A stretch of 52,882 bases of DNA from Oligoflexales bacterium (GTDB taxonomy: Bacteria > Bdellovibrionota_B > Oligoflexia > Oligoflexales > RGVZ01), in NCBI GenBank assembly GCA_044344995.1, contig JBIJBX010000001.1, positions 1 to 52,882 of the forward strand. Direction: 5' to 3'. Every line of letters begins with the position of its first letter. Within the stretch, counting starts at the first letter, position 1. The notes below the pieces were generated by a model. The model saw nothing but the letters and a program-made list of their open reading frames with translations. It was not told the DNA's origin and did no database searches. Below, in pieces: positions 37,245 through 45,362 of this stretch. Made by a program: the position numbers and the translations under genes.

Positions 37245-38021
37245 TCAGCGGTGATAGTACATGGTGAATCCCCATGGACCAATGCTGTACCAGTAGTCGT
37301 GATACTCGGCTGGGTACCACTCGTAATAACTTCGAATCAACCCAAATGAGTCAAACTGCGTCGGATGACCCGTTGGTCTGATCGGCGCCTGTGCTAGGGA
37401 ATTCTCTACGAGTTTTCTCTTCAGCAGTAATATTTGGCTTTGGGCATTTGTTACATAACTCATCTCTTCGGCGCTGAGTTTGCGTGTGACGGCCGAGATG
37501 ACGCTGGCGCTACCTGGATTTAAACTAGGATTATCCTCAATCCGAGCCGAACCCACATCGTATAGCTTGTCAGCAAATACGAACTGGAGATTCAAGCAAC
37601 TCTGAAGAATGAGTCGACCGATACGGCGAACTTCTGGCAGGTTTAGATATTTTAAGTTGCGCTCACGAATTACTAGTCTCGATGAAACATCAGTCAGCGA
37701 CGGAAATTCCGCAGCTTCCAAATCGGCTCCCGAAATATAAAGGTCGCGGACAACCTCAAGTTTAGGCATCGCAAGAGCTTTCAGTCCGTCGGACTCGATA
37801 TTGATCAAGCCGGCTCTTTTTAGGTTAGGAAGCACGACCTTTTCCACGCCGTCTGCAAAGATGGCAAGGCTTTCAGTGACCTCACAGACATCTTGTACCC
37901 GGTCAAGGTCTTGCTGCGAATCAATTCGCATCGCGCCGATAACTCGGCAAGTCTCTGCAGCCGCAATTGTGGACCATGCTGATAATAAAATGGACAGGCT
38001 CAATGTGATAATCGACTTCAT
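37245..38021 (-). CDS. Secreted leucine-rich-repeat / receptor-L-domain-like protein with an aromatic-rich C-terminal tail
   Basis: Signal peptide MKSIITLSLSILLSAWSTIAAA. About five 21-23-aa repeats starting P.L (LPNLKRAGLINIESDGLKALAM / PKLEVVRDLYISGADLEAAEF / PSLTDVSSRLVIRERNLKYLNL / PEVRRIGRLILQSCLNLQFVFA). Tail SYYEWYPAEYHDYWYSIGPWGFTMYYHR. ATG follows GAGGAG. Confidence 0.45.
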   Translation of the reverse strand: MKSIITLSLSILLSAWSTIAAAETCRVIGAMRIDSQQDLDRVQDVCEVTESLAIFADGVEKVVLPNLKRAGLINIESDGLKALAMPKLEVVRDLYISGADLEAAEFPSLTDVSSRLVIRERNLKYLNLPEVRRIGRLILQSCLNLQFVFADKLYDVGSARIEDNPSLNPGSASVISAVTRKLSAEEMSYVTNAQSQILLLKRKLVENSLAQAPIRPTGHPTQFDSFGLIRSYYEWYPAEYHDYWYSIGPWGFTMYYHR

Positions 38022-38099
38022 GAATTCTTGCTCCTCATTTGTAGGCAAGAGGCTCAGCAGATCTGAGACTCTGACACAATCGCCCGCATCATATAGGCG

Positions 38100-38212
38100 C
38101 CCGTTTTATTGTCAACTTAAAATCTCCATAGAAACATAAAAATTCGGAATCTCTTGCATAGGTGCTTATAAGACCATGATTTTGTTTGATAAAGGCCTGG
38201 CAATAAAACGGG
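38100..38212. repeat. 15-bp inverted repeat (one G-T position) with an 83-nt spacer, in a divergent intergenic region
   Basis: CCCGTTTTATTGTCA (38100-38114) and TGGCAATAAAACGGG (38198-38212). Confidence 0.6.
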
Positions 38213-38338
38213 AAAATCATAAAAAAACAATTATATCAGTGGTATATACCAATTTAAGGCGACATTCCCGATCCCGCGAAAACGCCACTTAATGATCCGT
38301 TAGAGGCCTCTAAAGACCGGCATTAACCATAAGGAATC

Positions 38339-39415
38339 ATGATAGTTTCAAGATATTCTTTAGACTCCCCATCAATTTGCCGATACGGAATTCCTGAAGG
38401 GGAGCCCGTACGCGTGACTTATAGAAATCTATATTTAGGATGCTTCTTGTTTGCTGCTACCTTTGTCCAAGGGTGTAAGCCGCCTACTGAGGCAGAAAGC
38501 CGCCTGCAATGGGGCGTTCACCAGAGCGCACGCTCCGCCAATATTCTCAATTTGCTACCCAATCAATCGGTGGAAGTTTGTGCTGACAAACAAGACTGGG
38601 TTGCGGCCAGTCATGAGGCGATTCAAAAGTGGGCGACAGCAATTGGTCGTTGGGGGCATATAAAAATCGTTCAATGTGGTCAAACATCTGACCTAACCAT
38701 AAATTTGCAGGGCTTTGACAGTACGGGTTTAAATTATTTTACCGCAAGACCCGGTAAGATTTTCATGAAATCTTCGGCATCCGGCAACTTTTTGCGTGCT
38801 CTTGCCTTGCATGAGTTCGGGCATAGTTTTGGTCTTTGTGATCAATATAAAGACGCCGGGAGCTCCAATTGTTCTGACGCGCGCAGTGAGCGTCAGCAAA
38901 ACTCGGAGGTTATGGGCGCAACCAATGCCAGTAAGTTAAACCTTACGATTGGCGATATCGAGGGTGTTCGAAAGGCAGCTTCAGATCTTTCCGTTCGGGC
39001 TAACTCACGCTGGCAAAATTATCTTTCGAATGTCAGCCCCAATCAGCAAAATTCCCAACCACAGCCACAACCACAGTCACAACCACAGTCACAACCACAG
39101 CCGCAAACTTTGCAGAGAAAAGTTTTCGCACGGCTTGTAGCGGGCAGCACAAATGATCGGCCGAAGCTTGCGGTGAGTGCGCCAGCCGGCTCGTCCGTTG
39201 CAGTCTGTCGATATCAGTTCGGACTCTCATCCTGCTCATCCCAAAGCTCCCAATATCTTGGGATGCAGAAAGCCAATTCGTCAAACGGCCGTGAATTTTA
39301 CGTAAGCACCCAAGATCTAACGGGACTGACCTCCAGCGGAAATCTCATATTTGTCGTGACGATCAAAGACTCCACCGGCGCTAAAACCGAGAAGTTTGCC
39401 ATCAAACGAAGATAA
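38339..39415 (+). CDS. Secreted/lipoprotein zinc metalloprotease with a snapalysin-type HExxHxxGxxD motif and a PQ-repeat linker
   Basis: HEFGHSFGLCDQY followed by EVMGA (Met-turn-like). Lipobox-like FVQGC. QPQPQPQSQPQSQPQPQ linker. GTG 38414 after GAAGGGGAG is a plausible shorter start. Confidence 0.6.
   Translation: MIVSRYSLDSPSICRYGIPEGEPVRVTYRNLYLGCFLFAATFVQGCKPPTEAESRLQWGVHQSARSANILNLLPNQSVEVCADKQDWVAASHEAIQKWATAIGRWGHIKIVQCGQTSDLTINLQGFDSTGLNYFTARPGKIFMKSSASGNFLRALALHEFGHSFGLCDQYKDAGSSNCSDARSERQQNSEVMGATNASKLNLTIGDIEGVRKAASDLSVRANSRWQNYLSNVSPNQQNSQPQPQPQSQPQSQPQPQTLQRKVFARLVAGSTNDRPKLAVSAPAGSSVAVCRYQFGLSSCSSQSSQYLGMQKANSSNGREFYVSTQDLTGLTSSGNLIFVVTIKDSTGAKTEKFAIKRR
39056..39106 (+). repeat. 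Tandem 12-nt repeat (CAACCACAGYCR, four copies plus a partial one) encoding the (QPQ[PS]) linker
   Basis: caaccacagcca / caaccacagtca / caaccacagtca / caaccacagccg / caa, read directly from the sequence. Confidence 0.9.
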
Positions 39416-39433
39416 TTTAATCTAAACAAAAGC

Positions 39434-40276
39434 TTATTTATAAAGTTCTGGCCGACGATTAGTTAATGCGGGTAACTGTGAACGGTAAAGGGATATTTGA
39501 CCTTGGCTGATACGCGCTATTACATTAGCTTCCGTATTTCCACTATCAGCAATGACATTTCCCCAAGGATCAACGACTAACGCGTGACCGTACGATGTCT
39601 TGCCAATGCTATGTGTTCCAACTTGGTTTGCGGCGACCACATAACAAAGATTTTCAATCGCGCGCGCCTTCAGTAGGGTGGCCCAATGGTACATGCCAGT
39701 TTGAAGTGTAAAAGCTGACGGAATCATCATACAGTCGACCGGCGCTGATCGCGTGAGGGAAGCGAAAAATTCGGGAAAGCGCAAATCGTAGCAGGTGGCT
39801 AGCCCTACTCGCCACCCATCAACAGTAAGCGTGACGATCGCCTCGCCCGCTAAATATCCATCACCTTCACAATATAGAGGCTCACCCTTGGTCCCAAGTA
39901 AATTGAAGAGATGAGTCTTGCGATATTTCGCTAATATACTGCCGTCGCGACCAAAGACATACTGCGTGTTAAAAACCTTTCCGCCACGGGATTGGGGCGG
40001 CCTTTCCGCGACACTTCCCGCGAATAAGACGACTTTATTGTCTTTTGCGAAGTTTGAAAGTTGCTGATTCAAGGGCCCATCTTCGAATTCGGCATGGTCC
40101 CAAAGCGAGTCATAGCCACCATGGAAAGAAAACATCTCTGGAAGACAAACCCAGTCAGCCCCACGCAGGCTTACGTCTTTGGCCGCAGCTAAAGATTTTT
40201 CAATGTTTCTTTTTTTATCGGAGTTTGCTGTGATGCTAACAAGGCCGGCATAAATTTCGGACTTTGGATTCGCCAT
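39434..40276 (-). CDS. Carbon-nitrogen hydrolase family protein (nitrilase/omega-amidase-like)
   Basis: Glu-Lys-Cys triad contexts CLPEMF, YRKTHLF and GLATCYDLRFPE. 280 aa. Confidence 0.8.
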   Translation of the reverse strand: MANPKSEIYAGLVSITANSDKKRNIEKSLAAAKDVSLRGADWVCLPEMFSFHGGYDSLWDHAEFEDGPLNQQLSNFAKDNKVVLFAGSVAERPPQSRGGKVFNTQYVFGRDGSILAKYRKTHLFNLLGTKGEPLYCEGDGYLAGEAIVTLTVDGWRVGLATCYDLRFPEFFASLTRSAPVDCMMIPSAFTLQTGMYHWATLLKARAIENLCYVVAANQVGTHSIGKTSYGHALVVDPWGNVIADSGNTEANVIARISQGQISLYRSQLPALTNRRPELYK

Positions 40277-40279
40277 AGG

Positions 40280-41269
40280 TCATAGCTCCGGAAGAAGGAT
40301 TTGATGGTCCACGCCCAGTAGCTTCGTCATGAGAGCGACGCGGGTCCACATCCCATTGCGTTCCTGGCGCCAATATTTTGCTCGAGGATCTCCGTCAACC
40401 GCAGGATCAAGCTCCATGCGTCGCGGTAGAGGATGCATGATAACAGAAGTTTTTTTCATGATTTTCAAGTGAGCAGCACGCAGACAAAAAGCAGAGTGAT
40501 CCACTTTCGCCGAATCTCCAAGGGTCGTGTCATACTCGTCTTGAATTCGAGTCATATAGATAGCGTCACTAGTAGCTACAGCCATCTCAAAATCGGTTGT
40601 TTCCAAAAATTCAGTCCGAGAGTCGCGTAAAAATTTCCTCAGGTCGTCTTCGATTTTAAATGCGGCTGGCGATGCAAAAATAATCTTGGCACGAGGATAT
40701 AGAGCAATCAGTTTAGAGAGACTGCGAACAGTTCGCCCACGTTTGAGATCTCCTACCATGCAGATTGTTTTGCCTTCAATGCCGCCATGTTCTTTGAAAC
40801 TGCGTTCAAGGGTATAAATGTCAAGCAGCGCTTGGGTTGGATGTTCATCAGGCCCACTTCCAGCATTGATGATTGGCACCGGACGATCGGTCGCGTCAAG
40901 CAGGCCGGCGATGCGGTCGCACAATCCACGGACTGGTGATCGCATGATAATTATATCCACGTAGGAGCTGAAAGTTCGAAGGGAGTCTTCGATGGATTCC
41001 CCCTTCATTTCCGAGCTCGTTGCGGCATCCCTGATTTCCGAATTTTTAACACCCAAAATATGGCAAGCACTCTGGAATGACAGGAATGTCCGAGTGGATG
41101 GTTGGGTGAAGTAGAGCATGGCCCGCTTGTGTGGCAGCAGGCTTTGCAGGTACATCAAGCCTTCTTTGCTCTTGTCGAATCGCCGGATCTTATTTGTCAG
41201 GCGATACATATTGTCGAGAAATGGACGATCAAATTGCGACGCTGAGAGGATGTGTCTTGGCGGATTCAA
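40280..41269 (-). CDS. pyrB: Aspartate carbamoyltransferase catalytic subunit
   Basis: Colinear with E. coli-type PyrB: STRT.LSF, HPTQALLD, MVGDLKRGRTVRSL, HPLPR. TTG 41269 lies 7 nt after GGAGG and gives an N-terminus M-NP.. as in PyrB. The ORF track start is GTG 41293. Confidence 0.88.
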   Translation of the reverse strand: MNPPRHILSASQFDRPFLDNMYRLTNKIRRFDKSKEGLMYLQSLLPHKRAMLYFTQPSTRTFLSFQSACHILGVKNSEIRDAATSSEMKGESIEDSLRTFSSYVDIIIMRSPVRGLCDRIAGLLDATDRPVPIINAGSGPDEHPTQALLDIYTLERSFKEHGGIEGKTICMVGDLKRGRTVRSLSKLIALYPRAKIIFASPAAFKIEDDLRKFLRDSRTEFLETTDFEMAVATSDAIYMTRIQDEYDTTLGDSAKVDHSAFCLRAAHLKIMKKTSVIMHPLPRRMELDPAVDGDPRAKYWRQERNGMWTRVALMTKLLGVDHQILLPEL

Positions 41270-41300
41270 AAAAAGACCTCCAAAAAACGCCACACAGGCG

Positions 41301-42326
41301 TTAACGAAAAGAAACCTCGGGCGGCCCCTGGTGTGCTACCAACTTACCTATGACGTGGGGATCAAGTCCAAGTTCTGTCGCGTCCTGTAGTAACGCCGTT
41401 AAGCTTTGCGTTTCAACAACTGCGATCATGCCAACACCAAGATTAAATACCTCTTCTACATCACGCTCGTCTACACCATTCGACGTGATGAACTCTCGTA
41501 TCCAGGAGTCGATGGGAAGATCCTTAAATTCAATTTCAGCCCGAAGATCGTTAGCTATAATACGAGGTAAATTCCCTGATATCCCACCACCGGTGATGTT
41601 TGCCAGAGCATGCAAGGTCTCGCGGTGGCGCTGCGCCAACTCGGGAATGGCATTGTAGAGCTTTGTGGGTGTTAAGAGCTTATCCATCAAATCGGGTCGC
41701 GGCCTATCACTAAGCCATTTACGAATTAATGAAAAACCGTTGGAGTGAAAACCAGAAGATTTAAATGCAATCAATGTGTCGCCCGCCTTGGTCCGGTGAG
41801 GGCCCAAGCGCTGATCCTCGTCGACAATTCCCACTACAAAACCTGCCAGATCAAAGTGTTTAGGAGCGTACAACCCCGGCATCTCAGCCGTCTCACCGCC
41901 TAGTAACGCCATTTGGCAAAGTTTGCAGGATGATTTGATTGATCCGATTATTGATTTAAACTGATCGGCATCAAGACCGCCAGTTGCGTAGTAATCAAGA
42001 AAAAATAGGGGTGACGCTCCTATCGTGTAAAGATCGTTGACGCACATGGCTACAAGATCTTGGCCCAGGCTTTCAATTCGATTTGACTGTAAGCCAAGTA
42101 TGAGTTTAGTCCCAATGCCATCTGTGCTTGCGACAAGAGTTGGTTTGGACATGTTTTTTATGTTGAGTGAAAACAATCCAGCAAATCCGCCGATCCCATC
42201 CATCACTTTTCCGAGATTGAAAGGACTGACGAAGGGCTTAGTGTCGGCTTGCAACCAGTCTACTAGCGCGTCTCCTTTAGCGGCGTCGACTCCTGCTCCG
42301 AGATAATGATTTTTTTTGGGGGCCAT
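41301..42326 (-). CDS. purM: Phosphoribosylformylglycinamidine cyclo-ligase (AIR synthetase)
   Basis: YLGAGVD, GGFAGLF and STDGIGTK motifs. 341 aa. Confidence 0.95.
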   Translation of the reverse strand: MAPKKNHYLGAGVDAAKGDALVDWLQADTKPFVSPFNLGKVMDGIGGFAGLFSLNIKNMSKPTLVASTDGIGTKLILGLQSNRIESLGQDLVAMCVNDLYTIGASPLFFLDYYATGGLDADQFKSIIGSIKSSCKLCQMALLGGETAEMPGLYAPKHFDLAGFVVGIVDEDQRLGPHRTKAGDTLIAFKSSGFHSNGFSLIRKWLSDRPRPDLMDKLLTPTKLYNAIPELAQRHRETLHALANITGGGISGNLPRIIANDLRAEIEFKDLPIDSWIREFITSNGVDERDVEEVFNLGVGMIAVVETQSLTALLQDATELGLDPHVIGKLVAHQGPPEVSFR

Positions 42327-42483
42327 GGTTTCTCTGTTTTTTCTTAGTCGTGATTTGAACTATAGGATTTCTTTGACCACTCGTTAACTAAAGCAAAAAC
42401 ATTGAATATCGTCTCTTATATAACTGACAAATCACGACAACCTCAAGACGATACCTTCCTGAAGATCCCTAGGAGAACTAAGG

Positions 42484-42500
42484 TAGGCAAATTTTGCCTA
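42484..42500. promoter_or_regulatory. 17-bp perfect palindrome TAGGCAAA-T-TTTGCCTA; candidate operator upstream of purM
   Basis: Read directly from the sequence. The half-sites GCAAA/TTTGC recall the E. coli PUR box core (GCAAAC GTTTGC) but with a different centre. Overlaps a possible minus-strand -10 (CAAAAT). Confidence 0.3.
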
Positions 42501-42631
42501 AAGGAGAATTGCACTATCAAGTCTAAAGATATCGGATAGTTGCGGCCATCGCCTCAATACTTTTTCAGGTCTGTCGAAACACTTGCATGGAACCATAAAT
42601 GTTTAATGAAGACCGATTTGCAGGGGGCAGC

Positions 42632-43396
42632 ATGAAACATGTCATAACAATGATCGCGGTCGTGGCAGGCGCGTGTTCATCGCATTCCGCCCTGGCAGGT
42701 GATCACGGTGGCTTTGTGATCAGTAATTATTTAAGTAGCGGTGAGGATGCAAATTTAGTTGCGATCGAAGCTGGATATCAGTCCGGCCTTAAAACAGGAG
42801 AAGTTTTTCGTGTCGTCAGGCCTTCGCGCGCGGGTGTTGATTTCCCTGTAGAAACGGGACTCTTGAAGGTCTTATCGGTGCATGAACACGAGGCGGTTGC
42901 CGAGGTTGTGCGTCAGGGATCTACCGAAAGTGAAGCGTTGTTTGGCGGCTTTGGCGGAGTGATGGCTGGAGATATTGCCGTGACTCAGAAGTTATCGATT
43001 GCTCCGGCGAAAACCGTTGCACCGGAAATATCGCTTAAATTTAGCAGTTTATTTGACGACCCCAAGGCTACGCCAGTCACTTACGAGTTGACCATGGGCG
43101 GACGCCGGGAGCTTGCAAAGGTCGCCGAGAGGATTGGTAGCATTCGGGCTGGTATGTTGATTGTCGAAGGTCATACTGATGCGCGTGGGGCCAGCCCACA
43201 AAATCAAATGGAAAGCTATCAAAGAGCACTGACTGTCAGGCAGATATTTATTGATGAATTTGGTTTTGACGAGAGTCGCATCACTGCATTGGGCCTAGGG
43301 GAATCCCAGCCCGTATCAGAGACACTTGAGCCTGGAGATGGTGATCGGTCTAGACGTATAGTATTTAAGGTGGTAGCAATGCCCAAGGCCATCTAG
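42632..43396 (+). CDS. OmpA-family peptidoglycan-binding protein
   Basis: Signal/lipobox-like MKHVITMIAVVAGAC. C-terminal OmpA-like block VEGHTDARGASPQNQMESYQRALTV. ATG 42632 follows AGGGGG. Confidence 0.8.
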   Translation: MKHVITMIAVVAGACSSHSALAGDHGGFVISNYLSSGEDANLVAIEAGYQSGLKTGEVFRVVRPSRAGVDFPVETGLLKVLSVHEHEAVAEVVRQGSTESEALFGGFGGVMAGDIAVTQKLSIAPAKTVAPEISLKFSSLFDDPKATPVTYELTMGGRRELAKVAERIGSIRAGMLIVEGHTDARGASPQNQMESYQRALTVRQIFIDEFGFDESRITALGLGESQPVSETLEPGDGDRSRRIVFKVVAMPKAI

Positions 43397-43414
43397 GCGT
43401 TGGGAGCTTGAAAA

Positions 43415-44299
43415 TTGCCTGAATTACCCGAGGTAGAGTCTTTAGTCCGCGGTATCCGCTCGGACCTGGTCGGCAAAAGTTTTGCGGACGTGGTTTTTTA
43501 TCGCGACGATATTCGTGAAAAGATACCCAAAAGTCGACTCAAGCAAATTTTAATCAATCAAAAAATAAAGCAGGTCACTCGTCGCGGCAAATATCTGCTC
43601 GTCGGCACAGACCAGGGATTTCTTGGGATTCATCTCGGCATGAGTGGTCGTTTTGTAAAAGCTTCTACAAGTGAAACACTTGCCGCGCACACCCACGCCG
43701 TTTTTGAAATTCAACCGAACATTCAATTCCGTTTTGTCGATCCAAGGCGTTTCGGTCGTCTATTCAGCATCGAAAATCATGAGCTCACCTCGCATCCATT
43801 TTTGGCAAAGCTTGGTTTGGAGCCACTTGAAGATGTAAATAAGCTAGCGACACATCTTTATCAGCAGTCTCGCTCAAAGACGCAGCTAATAAAAAACTTT
43901 ATAATGGATAGCAGTATTATTGTTGGGGTCGGAAATATTTATGCTAGTGAGGCACTCTGGCTTGCACAAATTCACCCAGAGGAAAAATCAAAAAGTCTGT
44001 CTGAAGAAGACTGCAGCCATCTGGCCTTCGCCGTTGCAAAAGTACTGACAAATGCGATTAATGCTGGGGGTACTACGTTTCGCGATTATCGCGATAAGGA
44101 TGGTAAGCCTGGGTACTTCCAAAATAAACTGGCTGTTTATGGCAAAAATACCAAACCATGCCCACGCTGTTCACACCAGATCACCCGCGCGGTGCATGGT
44201 GGTCGCTCCACGTTCTATTGCCTATTTTGTCAAAACAAAAAAAGAGCACGGAGTCGTAAAAATTCCGGCCAGGTAAAAGCACTTAATAAAAAATCATAA
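43415..44299 (+). CDS. mutM: Formamidopyrimidine-DNA glycosylase
   Basis: N-terminal (M)PELPEVE with the catalytic Pro2, H2TH region, and C-terminal zinc finger CPRC...CLFC. TTG start codon. Confidence 0.93.
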   Translation: MPELPEVESLVRGIRSDLVGKSFADVVFYRDDIREKIPKSRLKQILINQKIKQVTRRGKYLLVGTDQGFLGIHLGMSGRFVKASTSETLAAHTHAVFEIQPNIQFRFVDPRRFGRLFSIENHELTSHPFLAKLGLEPLEDVNKLATHLYQQSRSKTQLIKNFIMDSSIIVGVGNIYASEALWLAQIHPEEKSKSLSEEDCSHLAFAVAKVLTNAINAGGTTFRDYRDKDGKPGYFQNKLAVYGKNTKPCPRCSHQITRAVHGGRSTFYCLFCQNKKRARSRKNSGQVKALNKKS

Positions 44300-44319
44300 A
44301 AATTTTTTAAAAATATAAC

Positions 44320-44346
44320 TAAAGCTTTAAAATCATAAACCGAGAC
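44320..44346 (+). promoter_or_regulatory. Candidate sigma-28 promoter for the third flagellin gene
   Basis: TAAAGCTT (44320-44327), an 11-nt spacer, then ACCGAGAC (44339-44346). Confidence 0.5.
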
Positions 44347-44395
44347 CCCAATTGTTAAAACTAATCTATGTTTTATAAACTTATTGGGGGGCGAT

Positions 44396-45289
44396 ATGGG
44401 CTTAAGGATTAAAACCAACATTAGTTCGATCAACGCACAACGTAACTTGTCCACAACGAATAACGCTGTAAGAGAAAACATGCAGCAGTTGTCGAGCGGC
44501 TACCGCATCAATAAAGCGGGTGACGACGCAGCTGGTCTTGCGATCTCGAACAACATTACAGCCAAAACTCGCTCCTTAGAGCAAGCAGCTCGAAACGCTA
44601 ACGACGGTGTTTCACTTGTCTCTATTGCTGAGTCGGGAATGAATGAGATTACCAACATCCTCACTCGTCTTCGCGAGCTCGCAACTCAAGCAGCTTCCGA
44701 TACGATCTCAAATACTGAGAGAGGTTACACCAACCGAGAGTACACTAAACTAGTCGACGAAATTGAGCGTATTGCCAATACGACTGAATGGAACGGCCTG
44801 AAAGTGCTGCAAGGTGCTGCGAACAACACTGAATTTGGTGAAGATCTGATCACCATTCACGTCGGCGCAGGTGATGGCACCGTGGCTAACCGTGACACAA
44901 TCAAACTAGATATCAACGAAATGAGTTTGATTCCTAGTGAGGACTTGGGTCTTGGAGCGACAGGAAGCCAAATTGGACCAGAGAATCCAGGAGACGACTT
45001 TAGTCGTGAGCTGGCTGCTGATAAACTCCAAACAATTGACAAAGCATTGGGAAGAGTCGCGTCCACACGCGCAACTTTGGGCGCGCAGCAAAGCCGCCTA
45101 ACCTCAGCCATCAATAGCCTGGGCATTCAGGTGGAGAACTACAAATCAGCCAACAGCCGTATCCGTGACGTTGATTTCGCATCTGCGACGGCCGCATTCA
45201 CACAAAACCGTATCCTGTCTCAAGCAGGCGCTTCGGTTCTCGCGCAAGCCAACACAGAGCCAGAAATCGTTATGCAGCTTCTTCGTTAA
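44396..45289 (+). CDS. fliC: Flagellin
   Basis: MGLRIKTNISS...LSSGYRINKAGDDAAGLAISN and RIRDVDFASATAAFTQNRIL...VMQLLR. ATG 44396 follows GGGGGG. The ORF track start is 44384. Confidence 0.93.
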   Translation: MGLRIKTNISSINAQRNLSTTNNAVRENMQQLSSGYRINKAGDDAAGLAISNNITAKTRSLEQAARNANDGVSLVSIAESGMNEITNILTRLRELATQAASDTISNTERGYTNREYTKLVDEIERIANTTEWNGLKVLQGAANNTEFGEDLITIHVGAGDGTVANRDTIKLDINEMSLIPSEDLGLGATGSQIGPENPGDDFSRELAADKLQTIDKALGRVASTRATLGAQQSRLTSAINSLGIQVENYKSANSRIRDVDFASATAAFTQNRILSQAGASVLAQANTEPEIVMQLLR

Positions 45290-45329
45290 TTGGGGCGATC
45301 TGTTCGATTATAAAACGCCTCTCAATATG

Positions 45330-45362
45330 CCCTGCCGCAGGTCACCCTGCGGCGGGGTTTTT
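45330..45362 (+). terminator. Rho-independent terminator after the third flagellin
   Basis: 12-bp stem CCCTGCCGCAGG/CCTGCGGCGGGG (one G-U pair) with loop tcac, followed by TTTTT. Confidence 0.8.

Noticed and set aside
39056-39106. Short repeat array as a CRISPR or phase-variation switch
   Set aside because: The units are 12 nt, contiguous with no spacers, in frame and inside a CDS. The array is a coding linker repeat, not a CRISPR array or a frameshifting contingency tract.
40280-41269. PyrB reads STRTF instead of the usual STRTR in its carbamoyl-phosphate loop, suggesting a non-canonical transcarbamylase
   Set aside because: The first Arg of the loop, the HPTQ, the DLK.GRTV.S and the HPLPR motifs are all intact. 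The protein is colinear with E. coli PyrB. A single substitution is not enough to propose a new specificity.
42596-42620. Sigma-28-like TAAATGTT...ACCGATTT upstream of the OmpA-family gene
   Set aside because: The spacer from TAAA to the -10 octamer is about 12 nt rather than about 15. The motif would leave almost no leader before the start codon.
44346-44389. Hairpin CCCCAAT/ATTGGGG that would sequester the Shine-Dalgarno sequence of the third flagellin
   Set aside because: The 5' arm overlaps the predicted sigma-28 -10 element, so it would lie at or upstream of the transcription start. The loop is 30 nt and AT-rich, so the structure is weak.
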